Origin: Actinomycetota bacterium
Lineage (GTDB): Bacteria; Actinomycetota; Actinomycetes; Mycobacteriales; SCTD01
Direction of reading: 5' to 3'
Length of the DNA stretch: 64,000 bases
Assembly: GCA_046723735.1 (NCBI GenBank)
Contig: JBKOVB010000045.1
Location: 2,544-66,543 of the forward strand
Below, in pieces: positions 11,932 through 22,832 of this stretch (its first letter is position 1; every line of letters starts with the position of its first letter). Below the pieces are notes generated by a model that did no database searches, was not told the origin of the DNA, and was given only the letters and a program-made list of their open reading frames with translations. Position numbers and translations under genes: made by a program.

Positions 11932-12819
11932 GTGAACGACCAGCAGCTCGAGAAGATCCGCACCGGCAAGGGGTTCATCGCCGCTCTCGACCAGAGCGGT
12001 GGCAGCACCCCCAAGGCGCTGAAGCTCTACGGCCTGGACGAGACCGCCTACGGCAACGAGGCCGAGATGTTCGACCGCATCCACGAGATGCGCAGCCGGA
12101 TCATCACCAGCCCGTCCTTCATGGGCGACCGGGTCCTCGGCGCCATCCTGTTCGAGATGACGATGGACCGTCAGGTGCTCGGCAAGGGCTCGGCGGAGTA
12201 CCTCTGGGAGGAGAAGCACGTCGTGCCCTTCCTCAAGGTGGACAAGGGCCTGGCGGACGAGGCCGACGGCGTGCAGGTGATGAAGCCGATCCCCGACCTC
12301 GACGCGCTGCTCGAGAAGGCCAAGGGCCACGGCGTCTTCGGCACCAAGATGCGTTCGGTCGTCAAGCTCGCCAACCCGGCGGGCGTGGACGCCGTGGTGA
12401 GGCAGCAGTTCGAGCTCGGCCACGAGATCCTCGCCGCGGGCCTGGTGCCGATCATCGAGCCCGAGGTCGACATCAAGAGCCCCGAGAAGGCCGCCGCCGA
12501 GGACCTGCTCAAGGACGGGATCCTGGCGCAGCTCGAGCAGGTGCCCGCCGGCCAGCAGGTGATGCTCAAGCTCTCGCTGCCCAGCAAGGACGGTTTCTAC
12601 GCCGAGCTCGTCGAGCACCCGAAGGTCCTTCGGGTCGTGGCGCTGTCGGGCGGCTACAGCCGGGACGAGGCGAACGAGATCCTCTCCCGCAACCACGGCG
12701 TCGTCGCGAGCTTCTCGCGCGCGCTCACCGAGGGCCTCACCGCGCAGCAGAGCGACGAGGAGTTCGACAAGGCGCTCGACGCCGCCATCCAGAGCATCTA
12801 CGACGCGTCGGTGACCTGA
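11932..12819 (+). CDS. Class I fructose-bisphosphate aldolase
   Basis: GTG 11932 follows GGAGAGGG. The N-terminus reads [23 protein letters not shown], typical of class I FBA, with later motifs ...ILFEMTMD...[11 protein letters not shown].... Confidence 0.9.
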   Translation: MNDQQLEKIRTGKGFIAALDQSGGSTPKALKLYGLDETAYGNEAEMFDRIHEMRSRIITSPSFMGDRVLGAILFEMTMDRQVLGKGSAEYLWEEKHVVPFLKVDKGLADEADGVQVMKPIPDLDALLEKAKGHGVFGTKMRSVVKLANPAGVDAVVRQQFELGHEILAAGLVPIIEPEVDIKSPEKAAAEDLLKDGILAQLEQVPAGQQVMLKLSLPSKDGFYAELVEHPKVLRVVALSGGYSRDEANEILSRNHGVVASFSRALTEGLTAQQSDEEFDKALDAAIQSIYDASVT

Positions 12820-12820
12820 A

Positions 12821-12833
12821 CCGGCTCAGCCGG
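12821..12833. terminator. Weak palindrome (CCGGC-tca-GCCGG) in the 6-nt gap between convergent aldolase and ppc
   Basis: The stem is 5 bp with a 3-nt loop, and it overlaps the ppc stop codon. There is no U-tract. It is seen directly but is thermodynamically marginal. Confidence 0.2.
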
Positions 12834-15507
12834 TGTTGCGCAGCCCCATGGCGATGCCGTTGACGGTCAGCAGCAGCGCGCGCTCGAGCAGCTCCCCCTG
12901 CTCGCCAGCCCGTCGACGCGCCAGCAGCTCGACCTGCAGGTGGTGCAGCGGCTCGAGGTAGTTCTCCCGCACCTCGAGGGTCTGCTTGAGCAGCGGGTTG
13001 CTCGCGAGCAGGTGGGGCTCGCCTGTCACCGCGAGCACCTGCTCGACGGTCAGGGCGTGCTCGCTCTCGATGTCGTCGAGGACCCGGTGCAGCTCCGGCT
13101 CCGCCAGCCGCTCGACGTACCGCCGGGCGATGGTGAGGTCGGTCTTGACCAGGGTCATCGCCACGTTGGACAGGAAGGCCTGGAAGTACGTCCACTCCGC
13201 GTGCATCTCGCGCAGCACGTCGAGCTGGTCGACGGCGGCCCGCAGGCCTGAGCCCACGCCGTACCAGCCGGGCACGACCTGCCGTGACTGCGTCCACCCG
13301 AACACCCAGGGGATGGCGCGCAGCCCTTCGACGCCCTGCGCGGAGTCGGGGCGGTGCGCCGGTCGGGACCCCAGGTGCAGGGCGCCGAGCAGCTCGACCG
13401 GGGTGGTGGTGAAGAAGTACGACGGCAGCGCCGGGTCCTCGACCAGCGCCCGGTAGCGGGCCAGGGCACCGGCCGAGACGCGGTCCATCACGCGGTCCCA
13501 GCGCTCACCTTGCTCAGCGCTGCGTCGCGGGGTGCGGTGCAGGACCGTGGCCTCGAGCGACGCCGCGACGAGCAGCTCGAGGTTCTCGCGGGCGAGCTCG
13601 GGCAGCGCGTACTTGTCGCTGATGACCTCGCCCTGCTCCGTGATCTTCACCTCGCCGTCGAGCGTGCCGTTGGGCAGCGCCATGATCGCGTCGTACGTCG
13701 GCCCGCCGCCCCGGCCGACCGAGCCGCCGCGGCCGTGAAAGAACCGCATCCGCACGCCGTGCCGGGCGGCCACGTCGCGGCAGGTGCGCTGTGCGCGGTG
13801 GATCTGCCACTGCGAGGTCGTGATGCCGCCGGCCTTGTTGGAGTCGGAGTAGCCGAGCATGACCTCCTGCACGTCGCCCCGCAGCCGCACCACTTCGCGG
13901 TACGACGGGTCGGCGAGCAGCGCGTCGAGCACGGCGCTCGCGCCCTCGAGCTCCTCGACCGTCTCGAGCAGAGGTACGAAGCCGATGCGGGCCACGCCGG
14001 CCGCGAGGTCGACCAGCCCGGCCTCGCGGGCCAGCACGACCGCGGCGAGCACGTCGTCCGCGCCCTGGGTCATCGAGACGACGTAGGACTCCACGGCCCG
14101 CTCCCCGAACGTGTCCAGCACCTCGCCCACCGTGAAGAACACCGCGGCCGTCCGCGCTGCAGCCTCGTCCAGGGGGAGCGGGTGCGGTGCCAGGGGACGG
14201 CGGCTTTGGAGCTCCTTCCGGAGGACGCCCAGCCGTTCGGGGCGGGTGAGGTCGTCGTACGGCACGGGCAGCTCGCCGGTGCGGTCGAGCAGCTGGCCGA
14301 CGGCGTCGTGGTGCTTGGCCGCGTGCTCACGGACGTCCAACGTGGCGAGCAGCAGGTCGGTGGCCGCGACCGTGCGCACCGCGCGGTCCAGCTCGCCGCC
14401 GGCCAGCAGCTCCCCTTGACAGGCGCGGGCCGACTCCTGCAGCAGCCGCAGGTCGGCGAGCAGCTCGGTGCCGTCGCGGTAGTCCCGCCCGTCGCGGTGG
14501 GGGAGCCCCTCGCGGACGCGCTCGGTGGTGAGCGCCAACCGCTGCCGGACGCAGGTGAGGTAGAGCCGGTAGGGCTCCTCCGCGTTGAGCCGCCGGTAGC
14601 GCGCCTCGATGCCTGGGAGCATGTCCAGCCACTGCGCCAGCCGCGCGAGCAGCTCGGGAGTCGCCCCCGACACGCGCTGGGACACCGACAGGTCGCGTCG
14701 GAGGTCGTCGACGAGCTCCGTGACGACTCGCAGGCCGTGCACCGCCTGCAGCCGCAGCACGTCCCACGTCACTGCCGGGGTGACGTACGGGTTGCCGTCG
14801 CGGTCGCCACCGATCCAGGAGCCGAGGGTCAGCGGGCGAGCGGTCGGGGCGAGCGGGACGTCCCGGGCGGCGAGCTGGTCGCGCAGCTCCTCCAGCACGT
14901 CGCCGAGACTGCTGCGGGCCATGTCCTCGAGGTAGTAGACGCCGTTGCGCGCCTCGTCGAGCGGCTCCGGGCGCTCGACCCGCAGCTCGTCGGTCTGCCA
15001 CAGCAGGTCGACGGCCTCGGCTAGCTGACGGGTACGACGGGGCGTGTCCGGCTCGTCCAGCAGGGCTGCGACGCGGCGCAGCTTGTCCAGCGTGGAGCGT
15101 CGGGCTGCCTCGGTCGGGTGCGCGGTCAGCACAGGGCGTACGGCGAGCCGCTGGGCCCCCTGCGTGAGCTCGGCGCGGTCCACGCCGGCGGCGTCGACGC
15201 GCGTCAGCGCTCGCGCGAGCCAGCCACCGCCGGCCTCTCGGTCGCGGCGCAGCGCCCGCGCGCGGTGCACCTGCTCGGTGACGTTGGCGAGGTGGAAGTA
15301 CGCCGTGAACGCCCGGGCCAGTCGGATCGTGGTGGTCAGGTCGAGCGCGGGGAGCTCGTCGAGCCGGCTCTCCTTGGCGTGCGCGCGCACGCGTTCCACC
15401 AGGTCGAGAAGCTCCTGGCCCTCGACCCTGGCCAGGGTGTCCCCGAGCAGCGTCGTGACCAGCCTGATGTCCTTGCGGAGGGCGGCTGCGTGGTCGCTGT
15501 CCTGCAC
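12826..15507 (-). CDS. ppc: Phosphoenolpyruvate carboxylase
   Basis: An 893-aa ORF with GTG start. Motifs include [32 protein letters not shown] and the canonical C-terminus [10 protein letters not shown]. Confidence 0.95.
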   Translation of the reverse strand: MQDSDHAAALRKDIRLVTTLLGDTLARVEGQELLDLVERVRAHAKESRLDELPALDLTTTIRLARAFTAYFHLANVTEQVHRARALRRDREAGGGWLARALTRVDAAGVDRAELTQGAQRLAVRPVLTAHPTEAARRSTLDKLRRVAALLDEPDTPRRTRQLAEAVDLLWQTDELRVERPEPLDEARNGVYYLEDMARSSLGDVLEELRDQLAARDVPLAPTARPLTLGSWIGGDRDGNPYVTPAVTWDVLRLQAVHGLRVVTELVDDLRRDLSVSQRVSGATPELLARLAQWLDMLPGIEARYRRLNAEEPYRLYLTCVRQRLALTTERVREGLPHRDGRDYRDGTELLADLRLLQESARACQGELLAGGELDRAVRTVAATDLLLATLDVREHAAKHHDAVGQLLDRTGELPVPYDDLTRPERLGVLRKELQSRRPLAPHPLPLDEAAARTAAVFFTVGEVLDTFGERAVESYVVSMTQGADDVLAAVVLAREAGLVDLAAGVARIGFVPLLETVEELEGASAVLDALLADPSYREVVRLRGDVQEVMLGYSDSNKAGGITTSQWQIHRAQRTCRDVAARHGVRMRFFHGRGGSVGRGGGPTYDAIMALPNGTLDGEVKITEQGEVISDKYALPELARENLELLVAASLEATVLHRTPRRSAEQGERWDRVMDRVSAGALARYRALVEDPALPSYFFTTTPVELLGALHLGSRPAHRPDSAQGVEGLRAIPWVFGWTQSRQVVPGWYGVGSGLRAAVDQLDVLREMHAEWTYFQAFLSNVAMTLVKTDLTIARRYVERLAEPELHRVLDDIESEHALTVEQVLAVTGEPHLLASNPLLKQTLEVRENYLEPLHHLQVELLARRRAGEQGELLERALLLTVNGIAMGLRNTG

Positions 15508-15532
15508 ACCCCCAGCCTCTCAGGCCCCCAGG

Positions 15533-16966
15533 TCAGGGCGACCGGGTGCCGGCGGGTTCCGGCGGCCGGGCGAGCGTCTTGGGAGGGCGCACCCGGTGGA
15601 GCCACGCCTCGAACAGTGCGAGGACGACGAGGACGGCGAGCACGCCCCACGGGTTGAGGTCGATCACGAGCAGAAGCAGCGCGGCTACGACCACGGCACC
15701 GACCCGCAAGACGTCGAAGTTGCGCCAGGCCCAGGCGATCGCCGGGTCGTCGGCGGGTGCCTCACCCGTCACGCCGGCCCTGGCGAGGTGCCAGACCCGG
15801 GTGCCGGCGGTCGCGACCCACCGGCGCGTGGCGGTGGCCCACCGGTACGGACCCGCCACCAGTGCGACGGCGGCGATGACGAGCGCGGCCACGAGGAAGA
15901 ACAGCGTGACGTCGAAGAACCCGTTGAGGACCGAGTGCACGATCGCGGATCGGGCGGCCTTGTTCTCCGGACGGCCGGTCGCGACGAGCTGGTCCTGCTC
16001 CCAGAACATCACCCGACGCAGCACCACCAGGAGCAGCGCGGCGCCGAGCGTCAGCTGCAGCAGCGTGCGCCGCCGGCGGCGGGAGATCGCGAGGGCGGCG
16101 ATGCCCACGAGCGGAGTCACGACGAGCAGCGCCACGACCCCCCGGTCGAAGGCGCGAACCAGGCGCCTGGCCTCCGTCAGGTCCTTGGCGGGGAACAGGG
16201 CGATCTGCCCGCACGTGTCGGGGACCGGCCGGTCCAGGGCGCTGGAGATCTGCTTGCAGACGTCAGAAGGGACGTCGCTGGCCGTGACGCTGGGCAGCGC
16301 GACCGTCTTGCCGACGATGCCCGAGACCAGCTGCATGGTCTGCTTGATCGCCTCGTTCACGAGCGGCGCGAGGTTCAGCACGACCTGGCCGTTGCTGGTG
16401 AGCAGCACCGAGCTCTTGTCGCGCAGCACGGTCACGAGCTGCGCGTGCGCGTACCGGTTGGCGTTGGCCCACAGCTGGTGGAACCGGTCACCGGCGAGCA
16501 CCCTGGCCACCGCGTCCCGCACGGCGTCCTTGGCTCCCAGTGCGATCGGGCCGGCCAGAAACGCAGCCCGCGGGGGCAGCGCGTCCTGGATGATCGCCTG
16601 CGGGTCGAGGGTGGCGTAGAGCTGGTCCGTGACGGTGCGGGCCAGCGCGGCCTGCACGGCCGGGTCCTCCGCGAGCGGGGCCACGGTGCTGACGTAGTGG
16701 TCGGTGTTGAGCAGCGTGCGGTGCGCCCAGGTGGACGCCACCGTGATGGGTACGAGCAGGGCGAACAGCAGTACCAGCAGGCCCACGAGCAGGCGTCGCC
16801 CGACGCCGCCACGCAGCTCGCGAGGACTCGGCTCGCGCGGGGCCGAGGCGGCGACGTCGGCTTCGGCGCGTGCTCGGGCCAGCTCGGGGGCGGCCGGTCC
16901 GACGGGAGCGCTCGTCTCGGTGTCGGACGGACCGGCAGCGGAGGGAGGGCCAGGCACCTCGGTCAT
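15533..16966 (-). CDS. Conserved integral membrane protein of unknown function
   Basis: ATG 16966 has AGGAGG 8 nt upstream (the track ORF extends to 17047). The protein has an N-terminal TM helix, a large extracytoplasmic region and several C-terminal TM helices. Confidence 0.7.
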   Translation of the reverse strand: MTEVPGPPSAAGPSDTETSAPVGPAAPELARARAEADVAASAPREPSPRELRGGVGRRLLVGLLVLLFALLVPITVASTWAHRTLLNTDHYVSTVAPLAEDPAVQAALARTVTDQLYATLDPQAIIQDALPPRAAFLAGPIALGAKDAVRDAVARVLAGDRFHQLWANANRYAHAQLVTVLRDKSSVLLTSNGQVVLNLAPLVNEAIKQTMQLVSGIVGKTVALPSVTASDVPSDVCKQISSALDRPVPDTCGQIALFPAKDLTEARRLVRAFDRGVVALLVVTPLVGIAALAISRRRRRTLLQLTLGAALLLVVLRRVMFWEQDQLVATGRPENKAARSAIVHSVLNGFFDVTLFFLVAALVIAAVALVAGPYRWATATRRWVATAGTRVWHLARAGVTGEAPADDPAIAWAWRNFDVLRVGAVVVAALLLLVIDLNPWGVLAVLVVLALFEAWLHRVRPPKTLARPPEPAGTRSP

Positions 16967-17063
16967 GGGGTGAACCTCCTGCGCGCCTGTCCCCGAGGCA
17001 TCACCCGTGTGGGGTGAACGCGGCCGCACGGGGACGTCTGTCCCCATCCGGTCGTGGCATGCC

Positions 17064-17471
17064 CTAGGTGGCGAGCGCCTTGCGCTTGAGCGCCTCGAAC
17101 TCGTCCGCCGTGATCGCCCCGCTGTCGAGCAGCTCCTTGGCGCGGCTGATCTCCGCGGTGGAACCGCCGTCGGACGAGGACGCCACGGACCGGACGTAGC
17201 TGTCGAACTCCGTCTTGCTGGCGTTGTAGTCGGCCATCCGTCGCTCTGCCATCGCGCTGCTCTGCGAGATGAGGTAGGCCAGCACGCCGATGAACGGCAG
17301 GACGAGGACGAGCACCGTCCAGCCCGCCTTGCCCCAGCCGCCGATGTCCTTGCGCCGGAACAGATCCGTGAAGATCACGAAGAGCAGCCAGATCCAGATC
17401 ACCCAGGAGAAGAAGATGACCATCGTCCAGAAGACGTCGAGCAGTGGGTAGTCGGTTGCGGCTTCGATCAT
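17064..17471 (-). CDS. PLD-nuclease-N-type small membrane domain fused to a SHOCT domain
   Basis: The N-terminus has two TM helices with FRRKDIGGWGKAGW. The C-terminus reads EISRAKELLDSGAITADEFEALKRKAL, the SHOCT signature. Confidence 0.8.
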   Translation of the reverse strand: MIEAATDYPLLDVFWTMVIFFSWVIWIWLLFVIFTDLFRRKDIGGWGKAGWTVLVLVLPFIGVLAYLISQSSAMAERRMADYNASKTEFDSYVRSVASSSDGGSTAEISRAKELLDSGAITADEFEALKRKALAT

Positions 17472-17598
17472 GACGTCACCGTCCCTCGAGGTGTCTGCCT
17501 TCTTCCACCGTGGGCGGTCGCGGGGGGTGCGGCATCATCCGCGCTGGGTGATATCGCATCTGCGGTGCGTCGCGGCGGCGGGAGGGGCAGCCCCGAAC

Positions 17599-19926
17599 TC
17601 AGCCCTGGATGAGCCCGAGCGACGTGGCGCGGTCCACGGCCTCGCCGCGGGAGGCCACGCCCAGCTTCCGGTACGCCGCGATGGCCTGGGTCTTGACGGT
17701 GTTGCGCGAGACCGAGAGCTGGGTGCTGATCTGCTCGAACGACAGGTGCGTCGGCAGCAGCCGGAGCACCCGCAGCTCGGCGGGCGTCAACGCGGCTGCC
17801 CCGGCCCCGGCCGCGAGGCTGAGGCTCTCCACGTGCGCCCAGGCGTCCTCGAGCCGGGTGGCGAGCCAGCCGGCCGCAGGAGCACCGCGCAGCAGCGGCT
17901 GGGCCTCCGCGAGCAGGGTGCGGGCGCCGGCCGGGTCGCCGAGCATGAGGTGGGTGCGGCCGAGCAGGTACCGGGTCTGGGCGCCGAGCCAGGCCGGGCA
18001 CTCCTCGTGAGCGGCGACCAGCTGGCGGGCGTGGCGGGCCGAGGCGCGCGCCTCGTCGCCGTGGCCGCGCTTGGCCAGCACCAGCGCCTCGAGGGCGCGC
18101 AGCGGCCCGACCGCCATGGTGTCGACGGTGCCGTGGTCGGTGAGGACGGCGCAGGCAGCGTCTGCGTGCCGACCGGCTGTGTCCCCGTCGCCGTCCTCGA
18201 TCGCGACCGCGGCGAGCTGGGCGAGCGCGAGCGCCTCCGGCGCGGGCATCGCCAGCTCTGCGGCCTGCCGGGCGGCCGCCTTGAAGGTGGCGCGCACGTC
18301 GTCGTGCGGCGCGCCCGCGAGGAGCGTGGTGACCGCGTGCAGGTGCAGCGCCAGGGGCCGCCACGGGTCGCCGAGCGCCTGCAGGCCGAGGGCGAGGGCG
18401 GCGTCCTCGCGCATCCGTGGCAGCCCGTCGTGGGCTCGCTGAGCACGCAGCAGCGCGAGACCCGCCGCGATGGTCTGGGTCTCGTCCGAGCGGGTCGCGG
18501 CGAGCAGCCCACGTTCCGCCGCCGTCAGCCACTGCTCGGCGGGCCGGCCCTCGACCACCGCGCACCAGGCTGCTGTCAGCGACAGCTTCGGGTGCCCCTG
18601 GAGCTGACGGGTGCTGAACGCCTCCAGGCAGTCCCGCAGTGCTGCGGTGCGCCCGTGCGCGACAGCCGAGGCCACCTGACCCCATACCAGACGCGCTGCG
18701 TGGTCCACCTCGCCGGCGGCGGCGGCCTGGTGGACCGCCTCCTGCATCTCGCCGGCGGCCGCGTGCCACCGCCCGGCGCGGGAGTGGAGGGCGGCCACGA
18801 CACCCGGGCCGTGCGCCTCCAGCTCGTCCTGGAGCACCTGTCTCAGGAGCGGGTGGCAGCGGTACCACTCCTCACGGCCGTCGAGGGCGGTCACGAACGC
18901 GTTCGAGCGCTCGAGGTCGCGCAGCACCAGCCCCGAGCCAGTGCTCTCGAGCAGCTCGTCGCACAACGGGCCGCACAGCCGCGGGAGCACCGAGGTGTGG
19001 ACCAGGAAGCGGCGCTGGTCAGGTGGCAGCCCGGCGAGCACCGTCTGCCGGAGATGATCGGCCAGGACGCCTCCCGGTCCTCCGAACGCCGCCGCCGCGT
19101 CCGCGGGCCGGGGCGTGCGCCGCAACGCGAACGTCGCGAGGTGCACCGCAAGCGGCCAGCCCTCGGTGCGTGCCATCAGCACGTCGAGGTCGTCGTCGGA
19201 GAGCTCGACGCGGTTGCTGACCAGCAGCGCGCGGGCCTCCGCGCGGGTGAGCCGGAGGCTGTCCTGGTGGAGCGCGAGCAGCCGTCGCTCGGCCTGCAGC
19301 TGGTGCCAGGGCAGGTCTGGGGACCGGCGCGTGGTCAGCACGAGCTGCGACCGGTCGTTGAGGTGCCGCGCGACCGTCATCAGCACCTCGTGCGTCTGCG
19401 GCGCGGACAGCCGGCCGACGTCGTCCAGGACGACCACGAACGCCTGCTCCTCATGGGTCAGGGCACGGCCGAGCCTTGGGAGCAGCACGGTGGTCAGGTC
19501 GCCGTCGTCCGCGAGCGCGCTCAGCACCCCTTGGTCCACGAACCCGATGCGCTCCAGCGCGAGCACCAGGTACCTGACCAGCGCAACGGGGTCCTCGGTC
19601 TCCTCGTCGAGCGACAACCACACGAACGGACGCGAGTCCTCGTCGTCCCACTGCCCGACCAGCGTCGTCTTGCCGTAGCCGGGAGGCCCGCTCAGCAGCA
19701 CGACGGGTACGTCGAGGTGGTCCTCCAGCAGGTCGAGCAGGGCGCGGCGCGGCAGCAGCCCGTCACGCATCCGGGGTCGTTCGAGGGGTGGCTCGGCTTG
19801 CAGCGTGGTGCGACGACGGGCCCGGATGTCCTGCACCGCGCGGACGTGCGCCACCGGGGCCGCGCGTCGCGGAGCGGTGCGGCGCCGCACCGGTCGCGTC
19901 ACTGCTCGCGCCTCGAGGTCCTGCAC
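17599..19926 (-). CDS. Large ATP-binding LuxR-family regulator (LAL/MalT-like), paralog 1
   Basis: Walker A reads LLSGPPGYGKTT. A long helical/TPR-like middle region follows. The C-terminal HTH reads LTPAELRVLRLLPTHLSFEQISTQLSVSRNTVKTQAIAAYRKLGV. The start is uncertain (GTG 19926 chosen; the track extends to 19980). Confidence 0.85.
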   Translation of the reverse strand: MQDLEARAVTRPVRRRTAPRRAAPVAHVRAVQDIRARRRTTLQAEPPLERPRMRDGLLPRRALLDLLEDHLDVPVVLLSGPPGYGKTTLVGQWDDEDSRPFVWLSLDEETEDPVALVRYLVLALERIGFVDQGVLSALADDGDLTTVLLPRLGRALTHEEQAFVVVLDDVGRLSAPQTHEVLMTVARHLNDRSQLVLTTRRSPDLPWHQLQAERRLLALHQDSLRLTRAEARALLVSNRVELSDDDLDVLMARTEGWPLAVHLATFALRRTPRPADAAAAFGGPGGVLADHLRQTVLAGLPPDQRRFLVHTSVLPRLCGPLCDELLESTGSGLVLRDLERSNAFVTALDGREEWYRCHPLLRQVLQDELEAHGPGVVAALHSRAGRWHAAAGEMQEAVHQAAAAGEVDHAARLVWGQVASAVAHGRTAALRDCLEAFSTRQLQGHPKLSLTAAWCAVVEGRPAEQWLTAAERGLLAATRSDETQTIAAGLALLRAQRAHDGLPRMREDAALALGLQALGDPWRPLALHLHAVTTLLAGAPHDDVRATFKAAARQAAELAMPAPEALALAQLAAVAIEDGDGDTAGRHADAACAVLTDHGTVDTMAVGPLRALEALVLAKRGHGDEARASARHARQLVAAHEECPAWLGAQTRYLLGRTHLMLGDPAGARTLLAEAQPLLRGAPAAGWLATRLEDAWAHVESLSLAAGAGAAALTPAELRVLRLLPTHLSFEQISTQLSVSRNTVKTQAIAAYRKLGVASRGEAVDRATSLGLIQG

Positions 19927-20002
19927 ACCATCGCCACCCCCACGACACCATTGGCCTGTCGGACGTTGAAGGCAACCCACGGGCCCCTCCGTAGCAGCCC
20001 CG

Positions 20003-20779
20003 TCACGCTGCGTCGGTCGGGCGCCAGGTCAGTGAGTCGCCGGGAGCGAGCACCGCCACCTCGGCCGGAAGCCGTCGACGCTCCACCTCGACGGCGTACG
20101 CGGTGGGCGCCGCTGCCGCGATCTCCTCGGACGGCGACCCGTGCCAGAACGGTCGCAGCGCGCCCCAGTGCATCGGCACGACCAAGGAGGGCGCGAGCAT
20201 CGCCGTCGCCTCGACCGCACGCACCGGGTCCAGATGACCGGGCCCTACGGTGCGTCCCCAGCCGGACACGGGCAGCAGGGCGACGTCGAGGTCGCCGGAC
20301 AGGTCGCGCATCTGGGGGAACAGGTCGGTGTCGCCCGCGAAGTAGACGCGCAGGCCGTCCGCCTCCAGCACGAAGCCGACAGCCTCGCCGCGGGGTCCCA
20401 GGGGCAGCCGTCGACCGTCGTGCGCCGCGAACGTCGCCGTGATCGTCACTCCACCCACGACGTGGGTCTCCCCAGGGCGCAGCGCCACGACGTCGGTGAA
20501 ACCGTGCCGCCGGAAGTACCCGGCCGTTCCCGCGGGGACCACGAGCCGACGCCGGCGACCCAGCAACCACAGCGACGCAGGGTCGCAGTGATCCAGGTGC
20601 AGGTGCGAGACGAGGCACGCCGCGACGCCGTCCAGCGGGTCGAGCTCCGGCCGCGGGGCCGTCCACCGCAGGAACGCGATGTGCCGACGGAGGATCGGGT
20701 CGGTGAGCAGCAGCGTGCCGCCCAGCTCGATCGTGAGCGCCGAGTGCCCCAGGAAGCCGAGGCGCAGCTCCGGGGGCAC
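20003..20779 (-). CDS. MBL-fold metallo-hydrolase
   Basis: GTG 20779 lies 1 nt after the upstream stop. Motifs include LVSHLHLDHCD (HxHxDH) and FAGDTD...MHWG. Confidence 0.8.
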   Translation of the reverse strand: MPPELRLGFLGHSALTIELGGTLLLTDPILRRHIAFLRWTAPRPELDPLDGVAACLVSHLHLDHCDPASLWLLGRRRRLVVPAGTAGYFRRHGFTDVVALRPGETHVVGGVTITATFAAHDGRRLPLGPRGEAVGFVLEADGLRVYFAGDTDLFPQMRDLSGDLDVALLPVSGWGRTVGPGHLDPVRAVEATAMLAPSLVVPMHWGALRPFWHGSPSEEIAAAAPTAYAVEVERRRLPAEVAVLAPGDSLTWRPTDAA

Positions 20780-20780
20780 G

Positions 20781-22832
20781 TCAGGCAGACCCTGACGGGA
20801 CGGGCGCGCCCAGCTGCCTGCGCTGCCCGAGATCCTCGAGCCACCGGACGAGCTGGGCGTGCACGGCGTCAGCCCCGACGAGCTCCGGGGGCGCCCGCCA
20901 TGCGCTCGGGTGCACGAGCACCGCCTCGCCCTGCCAGCCGCCCAGGCCGCCGTGGCAGCCCACCAGCTCCTCGAACGCCGCCACCTCACCGGTCGCGGTG
21001 TCGAGCCGGCTGTTCACGACGATGTCGCCGACGTGCGCGAGACCCGCGTGCCGACGGACCTCGTCCGCAGCCGTGGGACCGAAGGGCGCCAGCGGGTCGA
21101 CACCGACCACCCGCTGCTCGTCGAGGAAGTGCGCGCCCTCGCGCCCGAGCACGACCGCGCCGTGCCCCTCGGACCGCACGACGACGAAACCGACCCCGTC
21201 GTGCTGCACCAGCGCGTCGACCAGACCGGGAAAGGCCTCCTGCACCTCTTCCTGGGTCATCCGCTGCGGGTGCCGCGGGAAGTAGACGAACCCCAGGTTG
21301 CCGGAAGCAGTGACGACGAGGTCGGCCCGCTCCGCGTGCGCCCCGGTCCGGTCGGTCTCCTCGTGCCGCCTGAGCACGTGGTGGCTCAGCCGCGCCAGCG
21401 GACCACGGGAGGAACCGACCTCGCGCAGCAGCGCGCTCGGCTGGCCCCACTCCTCGTCCCGGTCCGTGCTCGCCACCGAGGTGGCCGCGCCTGTCGTGCC
21501 GATCAGGTGCCGTCGTACGACGTCCTCGAGCGACTCGCCGTAGCGCTGCAGGAAGGTCGCGCCCTGGCTCTGCCCGTGGTCGGACAGCACGACGAGCTCG
21601 TACGGACGCGGCGCGTGCCGTGCGACCCGCTCGAGCACGCCGAGGGCGCGGTCGACGCCGACCAGCGAGGCCAGGGACTCGGGCCGGGTCGGGCCCGCGT
21701 GGTGGGCCACCTCGTCGTAGTCGGTGAAATCGCAGTACATCACCGGTACGCCGGCCATCATCTGCTCGGCCAGCAGCCGCACGTTGAGGTCGCGCAGCAG
21801 CACGTTGGTCAGACCGCGCAAGGCGACGTACGTCGACAGCCGGTCGATGCGCGGTTCGACGCCGCGGCTGCTCTGCCGGTGCCCCTGGTAGACCTCCTTC
21901 ACCATCTCGCCCAGCGTCAGCAGCAGCGAGCGGGTGAAGCCGAACGGCCGGAGGTACGACGACGCGAAGCCGCGCGTGGGCCCGTGGCCCCGACCGGCGC
22001 TGATGGTCAGGAACGACTGGGCGGCGTCCCCCGAGAAGATGTTGCCGATGCTGACGCCGCCGCCGGCGAGCAGTCCTCGACCGTCCGTCATGCCCTGCTC
22101 GACGTAGGCCGCGTCGGCCGGGCGGTTGGTGACCGTGAGCCGGCCGGCCTCCTTCTCGTACCAGCGGAAGGCGGGCACGCAGTCGCTGCGGCCGTGCAGG
22201 AGGCCGGCCTGGCTCGCCGGTGTCGTGGGTGGGAGCTGTGCGCGCCACGGCACCAGCTGGTGGCTGCCGGTCCGGATCCACCGGCTCAGGGTGGGCAAGT
22301 CCCCGGCCTGGACGGCCCACTGCAGCAACGGGGCGGGGAGGCCGTCGACCTGGACGATCACGACACCCGGGTCCAGGTTGACCGCGGCGGCCCGGCGCTT
22401 CTGCGCGTGCCGCAGGACGTCGCGCAGGAACAGCTCGTCGTCGCCCGCGTCGAACACCCAGCTGACGGCGCTCACGACGAGGGCGAACACCCACGAGGCC
22501 CAGAACGCGGGCCAGAAGCCCGACAAGGAGATGTCGGGGACGAGGCTGAGCGCGGCGTAGAACACGACCGCCTGGGCGAACAGTCCGACGAGGGCGATGC
22601 CGACCCACCCGAGCAGGACCGCGGCTGCGGCGAGCACCGGGCGCAGCAGCGCCGACACGGCCCCCACCACCACGGCTGCGAGGAGAGCGCCGCCGGGCCC
22701 GGTGACGGCGATCCCCGGGACCACGGCGATGGTGACCCACAGGGCAGCCCAGCTGACGACCAGCAGCGTCAGGGCCTGCCGCAGCCGGTGCCGCTGCGGC
22801 GCCTCAGCGGGCCGGCTTGGTGAGGGGGACAT
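20781..22832 (-). CDS. Fusion of a 4-TM phage-holin-like domain with an alkaline phosphatase / nucleotide pyrophosphatase family domain
   Basis: The N-terminal ~130 aa form four helices (LTLLVVSWAALWVTIAVVPGI...). The remainder carries VQVDGLP, TTPASQAGLLHG, DYDEVAHHAGP, VVLSDHGQ and GCHGGLGG motifs. Confidence 0.8.
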   Translation of the reverse strand: MSPSPSRPAEAPQRHRLRQALTLLVVSWAALWVTIAVVPGIAVTGPGGALLAAVVVGAVSALLRPVLAAAAVLLGWVGIALVGLFAQAVVFYAALSLVPDISLSGFWPAFWASWVFALVVSAVSWVFDAGDDELFLRDVLRHAQKRRAAAVNLDPGVVIVQVDGLPAPLLQWAVQAGDLPTLSRWIRTGSHQLVPWRAQLPPTTPASQAGLLHGRSDCVPAFRWYEKEAGRLTVTNRPADAAYVEQGMTDGRGLLAGGGVSIGNIFSGDAAQSFLTISAGRGHGPTRGFASSYLRPFGFTRSLLLTLGEMVKEVYQGHRQSSRGVEPRIDRLSTYVALRGLTNVLLRDLNVRLLAEQMMAGVPVMYCDFTDYDEVAHHAGPTRPESLASLVGVDRALGVLERVARHAPRPYELVVLSDHGQSQGATFLQRYGESLEDVVRRHLIGTTGAATSVASTDRDEEWGQPSALLREVGSSRGPLARLSHHVLRRHEETDRTGAHAERADLVVTASGNLGFVYFPRHPQRMTQEEVQEAFPGLVDALVQHDGVGFVVVRSEGHGAVVLGREGAHFLDEQRVVGVDPLAPFGPTAADEVRRHAGLAHVGDIVVNSRLDTATGEVAAFEELVGCHGGLGGWQGEAVLVHPSAWRAPPELVGADAVHAQLVRWLEDLGQRRQLGAPVPSGSA

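Noticed and set aside
13354-20442. Long plus-strand ORFs (13354-15024, 15044-17017, 17470-20442)
   Set aside because: They are antisense to ppc, to the membrane-protein gene and to LAL regulator 1, all of which have strong family motifs. These are shadow ORFs.
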